A stretch of 64,000 nucleotides of DNA from an uncultured virus (IMG/VR IMGVR_UViG_3300035145_001531) (taxonomy: Duplodnaviria > Heunggongvirae > Uroviricota > Caudoviricetes): the IMG/VR virus record IMGVR_UViG_3300035145_001531. One strand, given 5' to 3'. Under the pieces are notes generated by a model. The model had not been told where the DNA came from. It was given only the letters and a program-made list of their open reading frames with translations, and did not search any database. The position numbers and the translations under genes are program-made. Shown piece by piece: positions 58,701 to 64,000 of this stretch. The stretch's first letter is position 1, and each line of letters starts with the position of its first letter.

Positions 58701-60739
58701 AGAAGAAATATACTACCGTCAACGGCGGTAATGATATGGCTTTCGCTGATACAATATTTAAAGGTTTAAAAGTAATCTTTAAGAATAGAAAAGAGTTTGC
58801 TTCTAGTAGCCCTGTTGATTTTGTGAAATCACCTGAGTTCAATGGATATAAGTTTAGTATCTTATTAAATGTAAAAACAGCACAAGAGTCTAATGGTATT
58901 GAGTACGAAGTTATTCAAAATAAGAAGTTTAAGTTTGTAGTATTCTTTATTTCTCTAAGCATTGATGATCTTTGGGCAGATAAGACTCTGACTAGAAAAT
59001 TATTATATGAGTTAAATCACTCTTTAGTTTGGAATAATGAGGAACAAACGTTTAAGTATTCTGATATTAAATTAGACGGCTCTTTAGATCTTAATTCTGC
59101 AAACCTAACTAATCCTGCAGCACCTGATTATTTAAAGATACAGGGCCTGATGCACGCGGACGGTACAGAACCACAATATTTAGAACAGGTAAATAAAAAC
59201 GTCGATGACGAGTTTGGTAATATATTAGTCGAGATAAACACTGCATTTGGACCACAATACTTATTGTTAGAGATTGCTAAAATTGATGGACAAGATGGTA
59301 TGACTCTAAAGTCACCGCCTAAAGATATTACAAACGGTGATGTTAATCCACCAGACGCTGATATTGATAATCTGCCCCACTACTTACAATACAATGCTAA
59401 GTATACTTATATCCAAGGGGGTATCAATGCGTACAAAGCAATCTTAGACGCATTAACTGCTAAAAACGTAGCAGATATGTTATTAAGAGACCCTGGTAAT
59501 GTGGAATATACTACTGTGAATCTAGATGGCAGCATTTCTAAAAATAGATTTATTATTCTGTTCGAAGATGGTGTTGAGATAGTTAAAGAGTCTTATATTG
59601 TAACAGTTGAAGATGATGACAAACCTGAATCGTTTAAATTATTCTCCGGTAATATAGGCTATAATCTAGATAGAGGCTTAACTTACTATCCGTTTTTAAT
59701 TAGACATAATGGTGGTTATACAATTGATACTAGACCTGTAGTAACATTTACTGATGTTTACTCACACATGAAAACTAATACTCTACAGAATAGCGTTAAT
59801 TCTACTGAGGTCTTGTTAGAAGAACAGATGTATAAGCATTCGCTTTCTAACGTTGCTGAAATTGAATTAGCGAAAGATTACTATAAGAAATATAATAGAT
59901 GTGGAGTAGCGTTTAACTTAGGTTTTATTTATGATGGTGGAAATCATGATGCTAACTGGGGTTATATTAAAAACCACTTCTATAGAAAGGTAAATGAATT
60001 TAATACAAGTGGTGTAACTAAATTATCTACATCGACTGATAAACTACCACTCTACCCATTAATAGGTGAAGTGGCAATTGATAAAAAAGACGTACACGTC
60101 TTTAAATCTTCGTGGGATAAAAACTATTATACTAGATCTTTATCAGGTGGAGTAAATGAACAAGTACCGGGAACATTTGAGACTAAGGAGGAGAGATCGT
60201 ATTTAGCCTCTACAATTATGAAAGTAAAAGATAGTTATACTCTGTTAGATTTTGAAGTCCAGCAAGTGGAATCAGAAGCAGAACAAGACGATATTTTACA
60301 GAGCTCAACTAACACAACAGACGTTGTAATGTTTGAGGATGATGAAAGAGTTGTATTTGATTTTTATATCGACTTTTCAGTTAATAAAAAATTAAGTACA
60401 GACGGCGTATTGTCGGGTATTACAAAATATGTAACTCCTGAAAATTCTGCTGAAGATAAGACTACTTTAGTAGATGATGCAGCGCTGTATATTGATAAAA
60501 ATTTGGTTAATATATTTAATTTGAATCAAATTAAACTCTATACTAAGCGTATAAAAGGGGAACCATCTACACTTGAAAGCGTGTCAACGCTAGATGGACT
60601 AGATGACAACGGTTTTGTAGCGGATCAGAACTTCTCATTCACTGCGCACGAGCAAAAGCCCCTTAATTTTAGATTGATATATAATAAAAGATTAGGTTAC
60701 TCTTATAGAATTAGACCTATGGTAAAAATAACGTCATAA
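52772..60739 (+). CDS. Giant virion protein (2655 aa) with Thr-rich linker, cadherin/Ig-like and Cys-containing repeats
   Basis: Thr tract at ~53072-53209; DTFQYKVVD, ETFYYKVED and DADGHALTY..ADGFGG; preceded by GATATATA. Confidence 0.7.
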   Translation: MAIVTKQFSTSGYSTAWLAANDAGSVGATSALFFDDADTTNGQSSTTASLLEVGDVIYNDNGAGGLGTAFEGSGLFYINTSDTTIVEINDSGQVLSIQDVTSITSTTTTTIGEEPTTTSTTSTTTETPTTTTTSTTTTTSTTTTTTDGPPIASNFSRSMVNSGNGESVVLDFSDPATGGWSGNAVTDNEDSFAADTLNIYIVSVPGNGTILDDNDNNSNTPLVVNDVLLNTSGQPSIEYIPNTNYSIGGTDTFQYKVVDSAGNETTGTISITVNGPANTAPTTSPITVAINSAENGDSVFFNIRDYVSDDSDAVSTLIYYWCDSNGNNASLITSAGTLPTELYGNLALGTGPNPQLITYTYTGSTLTPNDSSLTETFYYKVEDTEGATSGVQSITINMTPPGNVNPVFNPISETRQVVQYNSVSGNVAQYASDADGHALTYTYTQTSGQGNFTLGQSTGSWTYSSGSWSIAPNTTVNAVFEITAADGFGGTAVYTLTIQVTGVSYISVQRSSFTNTSDNACNQSRSTTTYINVSEATSINNLAIGDSLYSTTALNDKVSASTSSQGWLSIQQDLGGTTGVVVKSVQIDTDGVIQNVINCAVSTGNAWQIKVLYSTDVVDLCNGQYEATLVWQNVIDTGDGPYASLADVVAQGGQLFSNEYYANQYSGAIAPDEACVPPGFYMDGPAFDAEQYYEFTAGAWDGSAQACPQQIMWTTESVTVFYSPNNEMEISAACSSGEDLIQTTLWFRINTEHVIELTDEEARLNYIMQNQVVIFDYQGAASSLDYSKMPSSRVYIAALADNNSTSGYVPTDKFAIWTNDNSSGYTGNYNWQGVDANGTIIDGTASTLLASCSTQFTQPDANGDFCLGLEGNTCDPSSSNNSRENVFYAFYSCIVKFENGVPYWPMYVIDGMHTIAPTSTSYIKEFVDVHGNTPVKIGGDTMLECMTLQHKIFAVNVDDAISILDSIPEYNGDDIRPMSINPVDLGFTSGATIKYGYAECNDCILGDLAPNSFTLDLVDDAEIINRSIPNFDLEKNYELDNVSKPLLRTNPKLSTNAKLVVNSSGKMFLESINATKELSSVEYKKWALQKEGKWSYDLYNFFKTNKTPLDQVYLPKKSFSDFTVHESFAKQIEEDYHYGTTYNYSKLHDEDFRILAPIWLDKHIPSKFVIFRVNDPAALDFDSASNFNNITEILKNSEIIKSFDLTRKSELGTYIRNHVQSESFPRTPINVNFDKNERTAFNGIDMKKGGFTSKGEYLYEDFVKKDQTIIAENNLITGGFERNALACANLINMEFLFNDDAASDYAVNRYFGLYVNDIDSGYGSLESANNGQLKFKVLNSYINDDAKSAIPPFSLIDNTPTLGYAHISDNFYKISPRVLYKPENLEVIVEDSANKIPAEVKLAPTGRSIEMSTSSAAGNDFIKLDVVDTPAVNDRLAIFPSKEQTYRIKFSRYTQNDSFTLGLIVDPNGGYTSINFTLQADLDDSINLLNFIFNAPSGGNIVFEKETDSSIIFYEKKGTLRPMEPMLTPDVNNTTLARIEELQVPYDLANNMFFAVDHLPAGHFNGTSFSSQGTKSEIASALAKAINSIDNGFTAITYDKAEHLYIKTNVIGYKLLQAGVAIPHDNSSDWLTIDEANRDDGNLLRLNIIENATVDLLSNSSIYYFSGGNAAGKSVLVTEDSVSNINAGDYIETRSSGVYNRVVDIVDDIERLPMQYKKVILERINTIDAGEINVFADNLVRLGLFSAFDIHDMNFDFYDTSNSDLKELQWETHGEINYEPEVNNLNDIYPFGDKDNTDYTLDPINYFTGLSDVLAEETADEFDEVIIQSEYDRLQENNLKEYAVTSRVVPTINKWVLKDVTTVREQPYYLNANEAFGRSNFAADLSFPNRDRLGMTHEWFYINNLPTHLIKNQGDNQNPAYRLNESFSYINFMEGFEMTPALFKDVNYNYFDRFFVTEGFETIGDNNYKTFVKTNRQKKYTTVNGGNDMAFADTIFKGLKVIFKNRKEFASSSPVDFVKSPEFNGYKFSILLNVKTAQESNGIEYEVIQNKKFKFVVFFISLSIDDLWADKTLTRKLLYELNHSLVWNNEEQTFKYSDIKLDGSLDLNSANLTNPAAPDYLKIQGLMHADGTEPQYLEQVNKNVDDEFGNILVEINTAFGPQYLLLEIAKIDGQDGMTLKSPPKDITNGDVNPPDADIDNLPHYLQYNAKYTYIQGGINAYKAILDALTAKNVADMLLRDPGNVEYTTVNLDGSISKNRFIILFEDGVEIVKESYIVTVEDDDKPESFKLFSGNIGYNLDRGLTYYPFLIRHNGGYTIDTRPVVTFTDVYSHMKTNTLQNSVNSTEVLLEEQMYKHSLSNVAEIELAKDYYKKYNRCGVAFNLGFIYDGGNHDANWGYIKNHFYRKVNEFNTSGVTKLSTSTDKLPLYPLIGEVAIDKKDVHVFKSSWDKNYYTRSLSGGVNEQVPGTFETKEERSYLASTIMKVKDSYTLLDFEVQQVESEAEQDDILQSSTNTTDVVMFEDDERVVFDFYIDFSVNKKLSTDGVLSGITKYVTPENSAEDKTTLVDDAALYIDKNLVNIFNLNQIKLYTKRIKGEPSTLESVSTLDGLDDNGFVADQNFSFTAHEQKPLNFRLIYNKRLGYSYRIRPMVKITS

Positions 60740-60743
60740 AGGC

Positions 60744-62690
60744 ATGGCCATTAATATTCAAGAAATACTACATCCTAGTGACTCTAACCAGATTAAGTGG
60801 GAAAAGGTTAACTATAACTTTGACCAAATCCTGGCTAATGGTGGCGGGCCGAAGGGACAAAAAGGCTCGAAAGGGATTCAAGGCGCGGTCGGTCAAACCG
60901 GTGCAAAAGGTGAACAAGGGTTTAAAGGTGAAAAGGGTGAAACAGGTGCAACTACATCTAGATGGAAAACAATTACAGTTGATGAGAGTCCAGAAGATGG
61001 TATTGCAGAATACGTAATCTTAAAACCTAAAGTCTCTACGGATAACTATCACCCTGTAATTTTCTTGGGTGACCAAACATTTGATGAACTAGCAGAGCAG
61101 GACGGTGAGATCAGATTAAGATCTACCCTGACTATTGGTAGACATGCGGTGGAAGGTTTAAGCCCGTCTAATGAACTATTAACTTTATGGCACGGTGAAA
61201 GAACCGGCACAACTAATAATATAGCCATTACTTTTTCAACTTCTGAAGAGACTGATGGTACAACAGATTGGACTAGATTCACATTAGATGAAACATACGG
61301 TCTTAATCTAAATACTAATCCAGCTGAAGTTATTGAATTTTACGCTGGCCTAGATAAATGGACATTTAACACTAATGTTTCTTTTGATGGTACAGATAGC
61401 ACATTAAAATTACCTAATACATTTATTGCAGCTAATCTTTTAGAGGCAGGTATGATTAGGTTCTATGATAATTCTTTTTGGGGTGTAATTGACAACGCAG
61501 GTACTTTAGAGTGGAAGCAATTCTGTATGGCTCCATGTGGTGCTGGTATTGGTGGCTCTGTAAGTATTGTCGAAGAAGGTGATTTAGTTCTAAATCAATT
61601 CGGTAATCCATGGGGCAACTCAGTGAATATTGTTGAAGAGGGTAACTTAGAATTAAATAATACAGGCCAACCTTGGGGTGGTAACACTACTACGACCACG
61701 GCTAGCCCATCTCCAGCTCCATATACAATATCTTTTGATGATGGTAATATTTTAGGACTTGGTTCTACGGGCGGATCTTTAGAGATTGCATATACAACAG
61801 GCCCAGTTGATGGTTTAATTTTATATGATAGTATTGTAACTACTCCTAGTTGGGTAACAGTTGATTCATATTTAGAGGGCTCGTTAGATTGTAGCGTAAG
61901 TACTAATACGGGTGGTGCTAGATCTGGTGTAATTACAATTAAACACCCGAATAACATTGGTGTAACAGATACTATTACAATATCACAGAATGCTGCACCA
62001 GCGACGACACAGGCTCCTACGACACAGGCTCCTACGACGACTGCGGCGCCGGTAACGCTAACCTTATATGATAACGGTTCCGCTACAGCACCTCTAACGT
62101 TCTCGTCAACGGTTTCTAGTAAATTAGCAAGCTGGTCAATAAGTCAATCTGGTTCAGTAACTGTTGGTAATGTTCCTAACTGGCTAACGGTCTCCGTGGC
62201 TAACCTGGCTTCAAATGGTGGAACTATAACAATGAATTTAGCGCAGTCGCCAGTAGATTCAATAGCCACAACACTTACCGTTGAAGATAATTACGGTAAT
62301 ACTGGTACTATTTGGGTACAATATGATGCGGGTGGTAGAGAAGTTATTACAACGACAACTGACTCTGGTGCAGGTGGAGGTACAGGTGAAACAACGACAA
62401 CTGACTCCGGCGCAGGTGGAGGTACAGGTGAAACTACGACGACTAGCGCACCTACCGGCTCCGGGGGTGGTTCTGGGGAAGGTAGCGGTACTTGTAGGAG
62501 TTACACATTAAATAATAATAGTTACAACGCCTCTATTTTATATTCATACTACCACTGTACTAATGGTTACACGACAGTAACCGTAGGACCGTACATGCCT
62601 ATAACAGTTTGTTCTGAAGGGGCACCAACTTGTACGTCTAACTGTAGTGGTGCATCTATTACAGGTGGAACTCAATCATGCATTGGTTAA
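60744..62690 (+). CDS. Fibre protein with collagen-like segment, BACON-like domains, Thr-rich repeats and Cys-rich tip
   Basis: Twelve Gly-X-Y triplets; TPSWV..NTGGARSGVITIKHP..ITISQ; TTQAP repeats; 6 Cys in the C-terminal domain. Confidence 0.75.
   Translation: MAINIQEILHPSDSNQIKWEKVNYNFDQILANGGGPKGQKGSKGIQGAVGQTGAKGEQGFKGEKGETGATTSRWKTITVDESPEDGIAEYVILKPKVSTDNYHPVIFLGDQTFDELAEQDGEIRLRSTLTIGRHAVEGLSPSNELLTLWHGERTGTTNNIAITFSTSEETDGTTDWTRFTLDETYGLNLNTNPAEVIEFYAGLDKWTFNTNVSFDGTDSTLKLPNTFIAANLLEAGMIRFYDNSFWGVIDNAGTLEWKQFCMAPCGAGIGGSVSIVEEGDLVLNQFGNPWGNSVNIVEEGNLELNNTGQPWGGNTTTTTASPSPAPYTISFDDGNILGLGSTGGSLEIAYTTGPVDGLILYDSIVTTPSWVTVDSYLEGSLDCSVSTNTGGARSGVITIKHPNNIGVTDTITISQNAAPATTQAPTTQAPTTTAAPVTLTLYDNGSATAPLTFSSTVSSKLASWSISQSGSVTVGNVPNWLTVSVANLASNGGTITMNLAQSPVDSIATTLTVEDNYGNTGTIWVQYDAGGREVITTTTDSGAGGGTGETTTTDSGAGGGTGETTTTSAPTGSGGGSGEGSGTCRSYTLNNNSYNASILYSYYHCTNGYTTVTVGPYMPITVCSEGAPTCTSNCSGASITGGTQSCIG
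60846..60953 (+). repeat. Collagen-like (Gly-X-Y)12, six with Lys at Y
   Basis: GPK GQK GSK GIQ GAV GQT GAK GEQ GFK GEK GET GAT. Confidence 0.9.
62349..62432 (+). repeat. Two tandem 42-bp units encoding TTTTDSGAGGGTGE
   Basis: Direct repeat at 62349-62390 and 62391-62432. Confidence 0.9.
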
Positions 62691-62701
62691 TATTGTAAAT
62701 T

Positions 62702-63508
62702 ATGAAAGATAAAATAAAAAATATACTCTCGAATAGGACTCTAGTAACATTTATCGCTGGAGCTCTTTTCGTATTGCTATTTCTTAAACAGTGTAATCAA
62801 ATATCTGAATTAAAACAAGATGTAAAATACGCACAAGAAGACGCTGGTATTGCACTAAGTAATTTTAGAGCAGCCCAAGATTCTATTAAGATATTAGTTG
62901 ATAAGAACGGTAATCAATTGGCTCAAATTAGATCTTTTACTATTGATTTAGATGATAAGAAGAATCAACTAATCAGCATGACTAATAAGTATAAGAAGGC
63001 TCTTAAATTAAACGATGAGCTTGAAGGAGTTAACGCTTTAATCTCAGCTGAGCTTGCGTTAAAAGATAGCCTATTAGCAGAAGCAACTATAACTAGAATA
63101 GACTCTACTACAGCAAAAGTTAACTTTAGTTCATTTGATGATTTCGGCAATGGTAATACTAGATCTTTAACAGGGTCAAGCTTGATTAAATATAATTACG
63201 GTAATTTTCAAGTTACTGACAGTAAGTTTGAAATTAGAAATACCCTAAGCCTATTAGCTGCTATTGAAAATGTAGATGGTAGTGATGTACTAAAATTATC
63301 AACATCATATCCTGGTTTAGAGATTAGAGATATTGAAAATTTAAATCTAATTAATACTAGATTAAATAGAAAAATAGAGAAAAAAGCAGGCTGGTCAATT
63401 GGTATTGGTGTGGGTTATGGTATTAACCTTAATAATAACCAAGTGATTAGCACCGGACCAAGTATTGGCTTAGGCTTATACTGGTCTCCAAAATTCTTAA
63501 GATTTTAA
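62702..63508 (+). CDS. Membrane-anchored coiled-coil protein, possible spanin-like lysis protein
   Basis: N-terminal TM helix, coiled coil, and C-terminal amphipathic beta strands ending in Phe. Confidence 0.45.
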   Translation: MKDKIKNILSNRTLVTFIAGALFVLLFLKQCNQISELKQDVKYAQEDAGIALSNFRAAQDSIKILVDKNGNQLAQIRSFTIDLDDKKNQLISMTNKYKKALKLNDELEGVNALISAELALKDSLLAEATITRIDSTTAKVNFSSFDDFGNGNTRSLTGSSLIKYNYGNFQVTDSKFEIRNTLSLLAAIENVDGSDVLKLSTSYPGLEIRDIENLNLINTRLNRKIEKKAGWSIGIGVGYGINLNNNQVISTGPSIGLGLYWSPKFLRF

Positions 63509-63511
63509 AAC

Positions 63512-64000
63512 ATGGCTGAATCATCAAGATATTTCAGAATAGACCAAGACATTCTACTTGAGTTTATCTACCACGATCAGGCAGATCCTGAAAAGTATCG
63601 TATTGAGGTAGATGATAATGGTAGTGAGGTAATGTTCTTAGATGTGGAACAGGGTAATCCCTTTGGGACTAGACACCTGATTCATGAGCTAGGTAGTGCA
63701 GTTGTCAACTTTGATGTAACTGAAATTTCTGGTTATCTTGCGGTTGAAAACTTTGCTGCTAGAACTCTACTACTACAAAACGGTAAGACCTATAAATTTG
63801 ATCTAAGTGCGCTGGCTAATCCGGCTGACTTTTCGATCAGCGGTAGTTTAGGTATATACTCGTACTCTGCTACAACTCAAATTGGAGAATTTACTCCTAA
63901 CACAAACGGTACTGTAGATTATTCTTACCCTGGTTTAATAGGCGGTAAGATTACGGTTGATACTAGAGCTAACCCTCTATTTGCGTCACCTGACGAAGCA
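63512..64000 (+). CDS. Structural-region protein, 3'-partial
   Basis: ATG 63512 (MAESSRYFRIDQDILLEFIY...), open to the window end. Confidence 0.75.
   Translation, partial: MAESSRYFRIDQDILLEFIYHDQADPEKYRIEVDDNGSEVMFLDVEQGNPFGTRHLIHELGSAVVNFDVTEISGYLAVENFAARTLLLQNGKTYKFDLSALANPADFSISGSLGIYSYSATTQIGEFTPNTNGTVDYSYPGLIGGKITVDTRANPLFASPDEA

Overview
This is a 64 kb, AT-rich, densely coding segment of a large (jumbo/huge) T4-like myophage, almost entirely on the + strand and read in the standard genetic code. The host is most likely a Bacteroidota (Flavobacteria-like) bacterium: there are no Shine-Dalgarno motifs, the bS21 is Bacteroidia-like with Tyr54, one promoter carries a TAnnTTTG element, and there are BACON and Listeria-Bacteroides repeat domains. 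The left ~28 kb is an accessory region. It holds glycosyltransferases, HAD phosphatases, an ATP-grasp ligase, Hsp20, DnaJ, bS21, PhoH, GNATs, RNase HII, a PvuII-like nuclease, UvsE, dCMP deaminase, a DinG-like helicase and a 2OG oxygenase. The right ~36 kb is a tail/baseplate/neck/fibre module with a ribosomal S1 homolog, an amidoligase and a two-gene minus-strand insert. The most striking candidate system is virion protein modification. A GT25 (collagen galactosyltransferase family)-lysyl hydroxylase (PLOD-like) fusion sits next to a GT4 glycosyltransferase, and plausible substrates lie in the same window: a Gly-X-Lys-rich collagen segment and mucin-like Thr repeats in fibre proteins. Other notable features are about 10 unrelated proteins sharing a T4-like capsid-targeting N-terminal peptide, three recurring promoter-like motifs (one apparently producing leaderless mRNAs), a BACON domain split across two in-frame genes ending in a Hint domain, and a candidate small RNA. 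All family assignments come from motif recognition by eye; no database search was run.
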